The notes under the pieces were generated by a model. That model saw nothing but the letters and a program-made list of their open reading frames with translations, was not told the DNA's origin and ran no database searches. Below are positions 8,627 through 17,225 of a stretch of 60,954 nucleotides of DNA, piece after piece. The stretch is from a virus. Taxonomy: Duplodnaviria > Caudoviricetes. Within the stretch, counting starts at the first letter, position 1, and the number at the start of each line of letters is the position of its first letter. The position numbers and the translations under genes were made by a program. The DNA lies in IMG/VR virus record IMGVR_UViG_3300030708_003161, positions 1-60,954 of that record. One strand, written 5' to 3'.

Positions 8627-11600
8627 ATGGCACTAGACCAAAAATTTTTTAAGAAATCTACAACAGCCGCTACTGGATTAGCAGACCAAGAAGAAGGGCT
8701 TACTGCACATCTGGATGCTAATGATGTAGACTCTTATGATGGGGATGGATCTGTTTGGTATGATATTGCAGGCCATGAGGTAAACATTCCTCTTGCAGAT
8801 AAAGCAGATAATTTACAACTGCATCTCAATGCAAGTGATACAACTTCTTATAGTGGTAGCGGTACTACTTGGACCGATATAAGTGGAAATGATAGACATG
8901 GAACAATTAATGGTGGCGTAGAAAGTACATATGCAAAAGATATAAGAGGAAGTTTTGATTTTGCTCAAGGTACTGGAGATTATGTTAACGTAACACATCA
9001 CGCGGATATAAAACCAAGTTCCAACGGTGTAACATATGAATTTTGGATTACACCTGAAGAAATCAGCGGTACAGATACATACTTATATACAGGTTCAACT
9101 TCTGGCTACGGTTCGGTATATTTTAGATTAGAAAGTGGTGTGCCAAATCAAACAGCTTATAATTCATCTAACGGAGTAGTTACAAATATAAGTACAGGTA
9201 CAGCTTTAACAGCTGGTAGTCTACATCACGTTGTACTTACAATTAGCGATATAACCAATCCAGTAACAAAATTGTATCAAGATGGTACTTTAAAAGCTAC
9301 ACATACGGGTAGCGGTACAATACATTATTTAACAGAAGATTTAAAAATAGGTAGATATACAACAGGTAATGCAAATGATTTTAATGGATTAATACATGCG
9401 GTAAGAGTTTACAATACCGTACTCACAGCCGCAGAGGTAGGGCAAAATTATAGAGCAGGAAATACTTTTAGTTATTCATCTATAATTACATCTAAACACG
9501 AAGCAACTCAAGGCTCTTTAGTTACAGCGCCACCAGTTCAAGGCTCTTTAGCTACAGCACCACCAGTTCAAGGCGCATTACATACAAGTTCAATAGAGCT
9601 GAGTTTAGATGCAAATAGCTATAGTGGTAGTGGAAATTGGTCTGATACTTCTGGGAATAATAGACACGCAACAATAAGTGGTGCTGCATATGTTAATAAT
9701 AATAATTCTGATTATTTTGAATTTGCCGGTTCTGTTAATGATTATGTAAAAATAAGTGATACAGCATTGGTTCAAAGTGGTGGTACAAATTTTTCTGTTG
9801 AAGCTTGGATAAGAAGAGCTGGAACAGGAACATACGATTATGTAGCTTCACAAACAAGTGACAATGGTAACTCACAAAACTGGCTTTTACGTTTTAACAA
9901 TAACAATACACTTGGATGGTATATATATGGCAGTAATAACTATATGTCAACTTCTTCAACTTATTCAGCAAATGTATGGTATCACGTTGTAGCATTAGTA
10001 GAAAGTAATGGAACATCTAGAATATATGTTGATGGTGTATTAGTAAAATCTTCAAGTAGTGGTCAAAGTGCAGGTACACAAAGTTATAATACTTTTATTG
10101 CTAGTTTGGGAGATGGATCCTCTGCTACAATGGGAGATACCGACATTGCACAATTTAGAATATATTCAACAGCTTTAACAGAAGCTCAAATAAATACAAA
10201 CTACGATGCTACTAAAGATTTATATCAGGGACTAACAAGTTTAGAATTACATTTAGATGCAAACGGATATAGCTCTGGAAATTGGTCGGACACCTCTGGA
10301 AATAATAGACATGCCACATTAACCGGTGCAACATATACTGATGATAATAATTCTGACTATTTTGATTTTAACGGTAGTGGCAATTATGCTGAAACAAGTT
10401 TTTCGCAAAACTGGGCCTCTATACCCTTTTCAGTAGAAATGTGGTTTAACACAGATTCAAGAAATAATGAATATTTATGGGGATTAAATGACACAGCGGG
10501 TAATGGAGTAGGTGCGTCTGTTAGAGGTTCTGGTAATAGTTACCATTTACAATTTCTTGGTTCAGGTCTTATTGTAAGTGCTGGGGTTGTTGAAACAAAC
10601 CGGTGGTATCACTTAGTTTTTACTTCTGATGGAACAACTAAAAAAGCATATTTAGATGGAGAATTAAAAGGTACCGGCACAACGACTATTAACAGTGCAG
10701 CAAATGGCAAAGCATTTATATTTGGTAGATACGGAACACATAATGGAGGATATTTTAATGGTAAAATAGCCCAAGTTAGAATATACAATGGAGCTATGGC
10801 TACATCGCAAGTAAAAACTAATTATGATGCTACCAAAGACTTGTATCAAGGTATAACAGGTTTACAGTTAAGTTTAGATGCAAACGGATATACTAGTGGA
10901 TCTTGGTCTAATACTGCAAACAGTAGTTATAATGCAACAGTAAGCGGCGCTACATATACTAATGATGGTAATTCCGATTATTTTGATTTTAACGGTAGTA
11001 ATGATTATGCTGAAGTTACAGCATATGCAGGTACAGATATAGGGAGTGGTGGTTTTACTTTTGAAGCATGGGCACTCTGTGAAGCAAGCTCTAGCGTAGA
11101 TACAATAGTTTCAAATATTGGAAGTGATTTACATGGCTATCAACTATTAGCAAACAATACTAATGTTAAATTATATATATATGCTGGTAGTGACCCGCCT
11201 ATAGCAAATGTGCAGGCATCGTCAAGTATTGTTATTGGTACTTGGAATCATTATTCTTTTACTGTATCATCTACTTCAAGTGGAGCAGCGGTAAAATTAT
11301 ATATTAACGGTTCAGAAGCAGCCACTGGGTCATTAAGTGGTGCTTATTCAGGTGCTAATACTAATTTTAATATAGGAAAATATCCTTATGCTCCAACGAA
11401 TAGATTTTTTGGGGGTAAAATAGCGCAGGTTAGAACATATAGTGGAGCTATGACTGCAGCACAAGTAAAAACTAACTACGATGCTACTAAAGCATTGTAT
11501 CAAAATCCAACTTTAAAGTTACATTTTGATGCATCGGATATAGACACAACTGCTAATACATGGACTGATAAAGTATCTTCACTAGTTTTAACTAAAAGTG

Positions 11601-12754
11601 GTAACTCAAGTTATGATGCTGAATTAGGTGATTTTTTACAATTTGAGGGTGGAGATTATGGGAATAATTCATCAGTAACGCAAGTTAAAGATAGTAATGG
11701 GGATTATACAGTAGAATTCTTTTTTAATTTTGATACTGTAAGTGGTAATAACGGAATTTTAGGAATAACTCAAACATCTACGTTAAGAGGTTTAGTGGTT
11801 CTTTATAATGCGAGTTATTTTGAAGTGTACAACTATGCAAACGGAACACACTCGGCTTCACAATATAATACGCCAACTTTATCAACTTTAGGAATAACTA
11901 CAAGTAGATGGTATCATATAACTATACGTATAGATAACAGTACAGACATAAAAATTTATGTAGACGGATTGTTAAAAGCAACTTCAACAGGCAATGCGGG
12001 TGGTACGCCTTGGCTTTCTACATCAGGGTTACGAATCGGATCTATTCAAACATTAGGTTACCCAGTAAATGGAAAAGTAGGGAATTTAAAAATTTATCAA
12101 GGACTTTTATCAGATGAACAAGTAGCACAAAACTATTTAGCTACAAAAAGTCAATTTCCTAATGGACATAGTGCAACAATAAATGGATCTCCTACTTGGG
12201 GTACTTATAATTTAGGAGGTGTTACATATAATTATTTTAATTTAGATGGTTCAAGTCAATATATGACTATACCTCAAAATACAATACTTGATTTTAAATC
12301 ACCAACAACTATGCAGTTGTGGATTTATAAGGATAATACTACTAGAGAATGGATTATAGATAAAGCTAATGGAGGGTCTGGTAGTTACGGTTGGCAATTA
12401 TTGGTAACTAATGCAAGTGTTTTTAGATTTCAAGTTCATAATACATCAAATGGTACAGCAGAAGCAGACACAAGCACTACTGTAAGTATAGAAACATGGT
12501 ATCATATAGTTGTTACTGGTGATGGTAACAACGTGTATAAAATATATTTAAATGGATCACTTGAAGGTACTGGTACTTTATCAGGCACTCTTTCAGTAAA
12601 TACAAATGGTGTAACCATAGGTAAATACTCATTAGCAGGTGGTTATGAGTATGATGGTAGAATAGGTATGGTTAAATTTCATAATAGAACTTTTTCAGCA
12701 ACAGAGGTTGCTACAGCTTATAATAATACAAAAGGAACATATGGTATTACATAA
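8627..12754 (+). CDS. Tail adhesin with tandem LamG/concanavalin-A-like domains
   Basis: Repeated LxLDA..W.D.SGN / YFDF / W.H / RIY..A.T..QV..NY modules: five complete and one split. Confidence 0.88.
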   Translation: MALDQKFFKKSTTAATGLADQEEGLTAHLDANDVDSYDGDGSVWYDIAGHEVNIPLADKADNLQLHLNASDTTSYSGSGTTWTDISGNDRHGTINGGVESTYAKDIRGSFDFAQGTGDYVNVTHHADIKPSSNGVTYEFWITPEEISGTDTYLYTGSTSGYGSVYFRLESGVPNQTAYNSSNGVVTNISTGTALTAGSLHHVVLTISDITNPVTKLYQDGTLKATHTGSGTIHYLTEDLKIGRYTTGNANDFNGLIHAVRVYNTVLTAAEVGQNYRAGNTFSYSSIITSKHEATQGSLVTAPPVQGSLATAPPVQGALHTSSIELSLDANSYSGSGNWSDTSGNNRHATISGAAYVNNNNSDYFEFAGSVNDYVKISDTALVQSGGTNFSVEAWIRRAGTGTYDYVASQTSDNGNSQNWLLRFNNNNTLGWYIYGSNNYMSTSSTYSANVWYHVVALVESNGTSRIYVDGVLVKSSSSGQSAGTQSYNTFIASLGDGSSATMGDTDIAQFRIYSTALTEAQINTNYDATKDLYQGLTSLELHLDANGYSSGNWSDTSGNNRHATLTGATYTDDNNSDYFDFNGSGNYAETSFSQNWASIPFSVEMWFNTDSRNNEYLWGLNDTAGNGVGASVRGSGNSYHLQFLGSGLIVSAGVVETNRWYHLVFTSDGTTKKAYLDGELKGTGTTTINSAANGKAFIFGRYGTHNGGYFNGKIAQVRIYNGAMATSQVKTNYDATKDLYQGITGLQLSLDANGYTSGSWSNTANSSYNATVSGATYTNDGNSDYFDFNGSNDYAEVTAYAGTDIGSGGFTFEAWALCEASSSVDTIVSNIGSDLHGYQLLANNTNVKLYIYAGSDPPIANVQASSSIVIGTWNHYSFTVSSTSSGAAVKLYINGSEAATGSLSGAYSGANTNFNIGKYPYAPTNRFFGGKIAQVRTYSGAMTAAQVKTNYDATKALYQNPTLKLHFDASDIDTTANTWTDKVSSLVLTKSGNSSYDAELGDFLQFEGGDYGNNSSVTQVKDSNGDYTVEFFFNFDTVSGNNGILGITQTSTLRGLVVLYNASYFEVYNYANGTHSASQYNTPTLSTLGITTSRWYHITIRIDNSTDIKIYVDGLLKATSTGNAGGTPWLSTSGLRIGSIQTLGYPVNGKVGNLKIYQGLLSDEQVAQNYLATKSQFPNGHSATINGSPTWGTYNLGGVTYNYFNLDGSSQYMTIPQNTILDFKSPTTMQLWIYKDNTTREWIIDKANGGSGSYGWQLLVTNASVFRFQVHNTSNGTAEADTSTTVSIETWYHIVVTGDGNNVYKIYLNGSLEGTGTLSGTLSVNTNGVTIGKYSLAGGYEYDGRIGMVKFHNRTFSATEVATAYNNTKGTYGIT
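9509..9580 (+). repeat. 30-bp tandem repeat (about 2.4 copies) in the adhesin linker
   Basis: caaggctctttag(t/c)tacagc(g/a)ccaccagtt x2 plus caaggcgcatta, encoding QGSLVTAPPV QGSLATAPPV QGAL. Confidence 0.9.
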
Positions 12755-12770
12755 AATTTAATTAAATAAT

Positions 12771-13181
12771 ATGAAAAAAAAATTTAAAGATACTGCAGTT
12801 GGAAAATTTTTATTGAAAAAAATACCAACTGTAGTCGGATCAATAGCCACCGGTACACCAGCCGGTGGTATCATAGAAGCTATAATAGGTAGTAGTGAAA
12901 TGTCTGATGGCGATAAACAAATTGCTTTAGAAAAACTAAAACTTGAAAGAGCTGAAATAGACGGGACAACAGAAAGATGGGTCGCAGATGCTGGCTCGGG
13001 AGCATGGCTTGCGGCTAATGTTCGTCCTTTAACATTAATATTTTTAACAGTAAGCTATGTAATTGGGTGGTACTTAGGTTATCCACTTGATTCAATAACC
13101 GGTTTATTAACAATAGTAATCGGAGGCTATTTCGGATCGCGAGGCGTGGAGAAAGTCTTTGGGAATAAAATGCACAAATAA
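12771..13181 (+). CDS. Holin (3TM/GTA-type-like)
   Basis: WLAANVRPLTL, hydrophobic helices and GGYFGSRGVEK; upstream of the endolysin. Confidence 0.75.
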   Translation: MKKKFKDTAVGKFLLKKIPTVVGSIATGTPAGGIIEAIIGSSEMSDGDKQIALEKLKLERAEIDGTTERWVADAGSGAWLAANVRPLTLIFLTVSYVIGWYLGYPLDSITGLLTIVIGGYFGSRGVEKVFGNKMHK

Positions 13182-13183
13182 AA

Positions 13184-13333
13184 ATGCAAGACTTAAGAAT
13201 TTATGGTATAAGTTTAGGTGGTATAACCTTTTCTATAATGCCAGATATAAATCCGCTGCTACAAACAGTAGTATTATTATTAACAATAGTATATACCTTA
13301 ATAGGTATAAAAAATAAATTAAATAATAAATAA
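13184..13333 (+). CDS. Small membrane protein (possible second holin or antiholin)
   Basis: MQDLRIYGISLGGITFSIMPDINPLLQTVVLLLTIVYTLIGIKNKLNNK*; fills the gap between holin and endolysin. Not in the ORF track. Confidence 0.65.
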   Translation: MQDLRIYGISLGGITFSIMPDINPLLQTVVLLLTIVYTLIGIKNKLNNK

Positions 13334-13334
13334 A

Positions 13335-13685
13335 ATGCCTTTAAAATATTTTAATGAATCTGAATTCAATCAGTTTAAAATGATGAACAAAAAGCTTCTT
13401 AATATGTTAGATAACTTACGAGAAGTATATGGTTCACCAATAAAAATAACATCAAGTTATAGAAGCCCTGATCATCCAATAGAAGCAAAGAAAAAAGCAC
13501 CAGGGGAACATGCATATGGTAATGCTGTTGATATTGCAAGCGTAGGTGGTGAGGCAACATTTAAATTGGTTAAAGCTGCTATGGAAGTTGGCTTTACAAG
13601 AATAGGTGTAAGTAGAAAAAATAATTTTGTCCACGTGGGTATTGGTTATCCCGGTGCTCCTGAAATAACTCTTTGGACGTATTAA
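13335..13685 (+). CDS. Endolysin, peptidase M15A family
   Basis: ITSSYRS, H..GNAVDI and FVHV zinc-peptidase motifs. Confidence 0.88.
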   Translation: MPLKYFNESEFNQFKMMNKKLLNMLDNLREVYGSPIKITSSYRSPDHPIEAKKKAPGEHAYGNAVDIASVGGEATFKLVKAAMEVGFTRIGVSRKNNFVHVGIGYPGAPEITLWTY

Positions 13686-13697
13686 ATAAAATTTAAA

Positions 13698-13958
13698 GTG
13701 AAACAATTCTTAATTGAATTTATTATAATTATAGCAATATTTTTTACATTAAAAATATTTTGGAATGCCAGAGTAAAGTTTTGGCTTGGTAATTTTGTAA
13801 TAGGAATGAATGTATTTGCATGCATATTATATCTGTATGGATTTTATACTAATATTATGCCATATGGTGAGGCATTTAGTAAAATATTATTACATTCTAT
13901 TGTAGCTATAATTATTCATACACTTTTTACTTTAGATGAAAAAAACAAAATTAAATGA
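13698..13958 (+). CDS. Three-TM membrane protein
   Basis: Three hydrophobic segments; GTG start; ATGA overlap with the next gene. Confidence 0.55.
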   Translation: MKQFLIEFIIIIAIFFTLKIFWNARVKFWLGNFVIGMNVFACILYLYGFYTNIMPYGEAFSKILLHSIVAIIIHTLFTLDEKNKIK

Positions 13959-14173
13959 AATTAATAAGAAAAATATCAATTGGCCAAGATTATAAAAATG
14001 AGGCTATGCATTATTCTGTAGGCCAAGAAGTTTATGGTGGCCATATAATATGTGATATATTTGAAAAAGAAGATGGTTATCATATATATATAGAAAAAGA
14101 TAATAATCAAATACCTTGGAAACACTTTAATACAAATATGGCAGTTTCTGTAGAATACAATTTAGATTATTAA
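13955..14173 (+). CDS. Conserved hypothetical protein upstream of the packaging module
   Basis: IRKISIG.DYKN.AMHY.VGQ.VYGGH; translationally coupled on both sides. Confidence 0.75.
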   Translation: MKLIRKISIGQDYKNEAMHYSVGQEVYGGHIICDIFEKEDGYHIYIEKDNNQIPWKHFNTNMAVSVEYNLDY

Positions 14174-14769
14174 TGAAATCACTTTACAATTATATTATAT
14201 ATACTGACAGCAGATACGACAATAAAAAAAACATTGATGGTAAAGAGCTTATACTTAATTCAGAATTATCTGAAAGAGATTATAAGTTTGTTAATAGAAT
14301 AGGTACAGTTAAAAGTGTACCTATAAATTATAAAACTAAAATACAACCAGGTGATAAAGTAATTGTTCATCATAATGTTTTTAGAAGATGGATTGATGTT
14401 AAGGGTAAAGAAAAAAATTCATCATCATATATTGATGAAAATATTTATTCTGTAAGTCCAGATCAGGTATATGCGTACAAAAATAATGGCAAATGGAAAT
14501 GTCCTGATAGATATTGTTTTGTTAAGCCATTACCGCAAGATTTTAAATGGAGTGTTTTAAAAGAAAAAGAATTGGTTGGAGAGCTTATATATAGTAGTAA
14601 GCTTTTAAGCTCGTTAAACGTGTCCGTAGGCGATATAGTGGGCTTTACACCAGGTTCTGAATATGAATTTAATATTGAAAACCAAAAATTATACAGAATT
14701 TTATTAAATGATATAACAATAAACTATGGACGTAAAGAAAACAAGAGAAAGACTACTCAAAGCTGCTGA
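14173..14769 (+). CDS. GroES-like protein (tandem GroES-fold domains)
   Basis: Two copies of a G.V.. / (I/V)..GD.V pattern (IQPGDKVIVHH, VSVGDIVGF). Confidence 0.65.
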   Translation: MKSLYNYIIYTDSRYDNKKNIDGKELILNSELSERDYKFVNRIGTVKSVPINYKTKIQPGDKVIVHHNVFRRWIDVKGKEKNSSSYIDENIYSVSPDQVYAYKNNGKWKCPDRYCFVKPLPQDFKWSVLKEKELVGELIYSSKLLSSLNVSVGDIVGFTPGSEYEFNIENQKLYRILLNDITINYGRKENKRKTTQSC

Positions 14770-14983
14770 AAACTCTATAGATGAGTTAATAAAAGTTATG
14801 AATAAAAAGATGGATCCAGAAGAACTAGATCCTGAAAAAGTAAAAATATCAGCATCAGCTTATAGATTAGCTATGGAAGATGCTATGGCTATGATGGCTA
14901 AAGTAGAAGAAATTACAAATGTAGGTAAAGAAGACAAATCTAAAAAACAAGAATTCTTCGGTGTAGAAGATCGTATTAAATAA
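14726..14983 (+). CDS. Putative terminase small subunit
   Basis: Short helical protein immediately upstream of and coupled to terL. Confidence 0.55.
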   Translation: MDVKKTRERLLKAAENSIDELIKVMNKKMDPEELDPEKVKISASAYRLAMEDAMAMMAKVEEITNVGKEDKSKKQEFFGVEDRIK

Positions 14984-17223
14984 TGTATAAACAAAGCTTA
15001 TATAAGATACACACCGAACATTTATCATCTAAGTTAGTTAAAAATAATAATAGATATAAAAAATTCGAGTACGGTTACAATAAAGATTTAGATTGTGTTG
15101 TTATAAGTAAAGACGGTACAATAGGTGAAATATACGAAATACAAGGATTAAAAATTGCACTTCCTTCAATACCTAAAAAAATTAACGGTCAAGAGTTAAA
15201 AAAAGAAGAACAGGTATTTATTAAAACACCAAAACCGGCTACACTTAAAAAAATTAAAAGTATATATAATTTTAAGTCGTATAACGAAGATATAAAAGAA
15301 AAGTATTATGAATACATTAATAAAGAGTTTGATTTTCGTTCTGATGGTTACTGGTTCATGTGCAACGGTAAGCCATGTTACCTCACCGGCTCCCATTATA
15401 TATACCTCAATTGGACAAAGATTGATGTGGGCTCACCCGACTTTAGGCATGCAAACAGAATATTTTTTTATTTCTGGGAGGCATGTAAGGCCGATTATAG
15501 ATGTTATGGAATGTGCTACCTCAAGAATAGACGGTCTGGTTTCTCCTTTATGGCGTCTTCAGAAGTTGTCAACGTTGCAACTATTACCAGAGATGCACGG
15601 TTTGGGATATTATCAAAGACTGGTGCAGATGCAAAAAAGATGTTTACAGACAAGGTTGTACCGATTTCCACAAACTACCCGTTCTTTTTTAAACCAATAC
15701 AGGACGGTATGGAGAGGCCAAAGACAGAATTATCGTACAAGGTACCATCGAGAAGGCTCACAAGAAAGACAATACAGGCAACCACCCAAACCACCGAAGA
15801 GGGTGATCAGATGGGACTTGACACCACCATCGACTGGAAGAATACAGGTGACAATTCCTACGACGGGGAGAAATTACAGATCCTCGTCCATGATGAATCG
15901 GGTAAGTGGGAGAAGCCGGATAACATTCTCAATAACTGGAGGGTCACAAAAACGTGTCTCCGTCTCGGTTCGAAGATAGTTGGTAAATGTATGATGGGAT
16001 CTACATCTAATGCATTAGACAAAGGCGGTAGTAATTTTAAAAAAATTTATAATGACTCAGATCTCACAAAGAAAAAGCGAAATCGCAATGGGCAGACTGC
16101 TAGTGGATTATATGCTTTGTTCATACCTATGGAATGGAACTTCGAAGGATTCATTGACAAATTTGGTTTTCCTGTCTTCGACACTCCGGAAACTCCGGTT
16201 GAAGGAATTGACGGGGAACTTATCTACAACGGAGTTATCGATCATTGGGAGAATGAAGCAGATGGGCTCAAAGATAATGCCGACGCTTTAAACGAATATT
16301 ATAGGCAGTTTCCTAGAACTGAAAAACATGCATTTAGAGATGAAACAAAAGAATCTATATTTAATCTATCAAGAATATACGAACAAATAGATTTTAATGA
16401 AGAAATGGTTGCATCAGGATATGTAACAACAGGTTCTTTCCAATGGAAAAACGGTGTTAAAGATACCGAAGTACAGTTTTATCCTAACCCCAATGGAAGA
16501 TTTAAAATATCTTGGATACTTCCAACAGATATGCAAAACAATATAGAGTTTAAAAATGGTATTAAATATCCAGGTAATAAAGCTTACGGTGCTTTTGGAT
16601 GTGATAGCTATGATATAAGCGGAACAACAGATGGTGGTGGTTCAAATGGATCATTACATGGATTAACAAGTTTTTCGTTATCACCAGATGTTCCTAAATC
16701 ACAATTCTTTTTAGAATATATTGCAAGGCCACAAACAGCTGAAATATTTTTTGAAGATGTATTAATGGCAATAGTGTTTTATGGTATGCCAATACTTGCA
16801 GAAAATAATAAACCAAGATTATTATATCATTTAAAAAGAAGAGGTTATAGAGGGTTTTCTATGAACCGACCAGATAAAGTTAGAAATAAATTATCTGTAA
16901 CAGAAAAAGAATTAGGTGGTATACCTAATACATCAGAAGATATAAGACAAGCTCATGCTTCTGCAATAGAATCTTACATAGAAGAACATGTGGGTATAAC
17001 AAATGAAGAGCATGGTAGAATGTATTTTCAAAGAACACTCGAAGATTGGTCTAAGTTTAATATAAACAATAGAACAAAGTTTGATGCTTCAATAAGTAGT
17101 GGTTTAGCTATAATGGCTTGCCAAAGACATTTATATGCTCCAAGAGCAGAAAGACAAACAAAAAAAATAGATTTTGGATTTTCTAAATATAACAATTCAG
17201 GATTAAAAAGTAAAATATTATAA
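14983..17223 (+). CDS. terL: Terminase large subunit
   Basis: Walker A-like KNRRSGFS, Walker B LVHDESGK, motif III GSTSN, RNase H-like GCDSYD...ENN...DASISSGLA. Confidence 0.93.
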   Translation: MYKQSLYKIHTEHLSSKLVKNNNRYKKFEYGYNKDLDCVVISKDGTIGEIYEIQGLKIALPSIPKKINGQELKKEEQVFIKTPKPATLKKIKSIYNFKSYNEDIKEKYYEYINKEFDFRSDGYWFMCNGKPCYLTGSHYIYLNWTKIDVGSPDFRHANRIFFYFWEACKADYRCYGMCYLKNRRSGFSFMASSEVVNVATITRDARFGILSKTGADAKKMFTDKVVPISTNYPFFFKPIQDGMERPKTELSYKVPSRRLTRKTIQATTQTTEEGDQMGLDTTIDWKNTGDNSYDGEKLQILVHDESGKWEKPDNILNNWRVTKTCLRLGSKIVGKCMMGSTSNALDKGGSNFKKIYNDSDLTKKKRNRNGQTASGLYALFIPMEWNFEGFIDKFGFPVFDTPETPVEGIDGELIYNGVIDHWENEADGLKDNADALNEYYRQFPRTEKHAFRDETKESIFNLSRIYEQIDFNEEMVASGYVTTGSFQWKNGVKDTEVQFYPNPNGRFKISWILPTDMQNNIEFKNGIKYPGNKAYGAFGCDSYDISGTTDGGGSNGSLHGLTSFSLSPDVPKSQFFLEYIARPQTAEIFFEDVLMAIVFYGMPILAENNKPRLLYHLKRRGYRGFSMNRPDKVRNKLSVTEKELGGIPNTSEDIRQAHASAIESYIEEHVGITNEEHGRMYFQRTLEDWSKFNINNRTKFDASISSGLAIMACQRHLYAPRAERQTKKIDFGFSKYNNSGLKSKIL
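15308..15979 (+). CDS. Candidate overprinted lipoprotein in the +1 frame of terL
   Basis: 223 stop-free codons in an AT-rich genome; N-terminus MNTLIKSLIFVLMVTGS-C is lipobox-like; local shift of terL codons to C-ending. Confidence 0.55.
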   Translation: MNTLIKSLIFVLMVTGSCATVSHVTSPAPIIYTSIGQRLMWAHPTLGMQTEYFFISGRHVRPIIDVMECATSRIDGLVSPLWRLQKLSTLQLLPEMHGLGYYQRLVQMQKRCLQTRLYRFPQTTRSFLNQYRTVWRGQRQNYRTRYHREGSQERQYRQPPKPPKRVIRWDLTPPSTGRIQVTIPTTGRNYRSSSMMNRVSGRSRITFSITGGSQKRVSVSVRR

Positions 17224-17225
17224 TA

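Noticed and set aside
8627-12754. Diversity-generating retroelement or invertible cassette acting on the adhesin
   Set aside because: No reverse transcriptase or invertase in the window, and I saw no adenine-specific TR/VR pair; the repeats are ordinary domain duplications.
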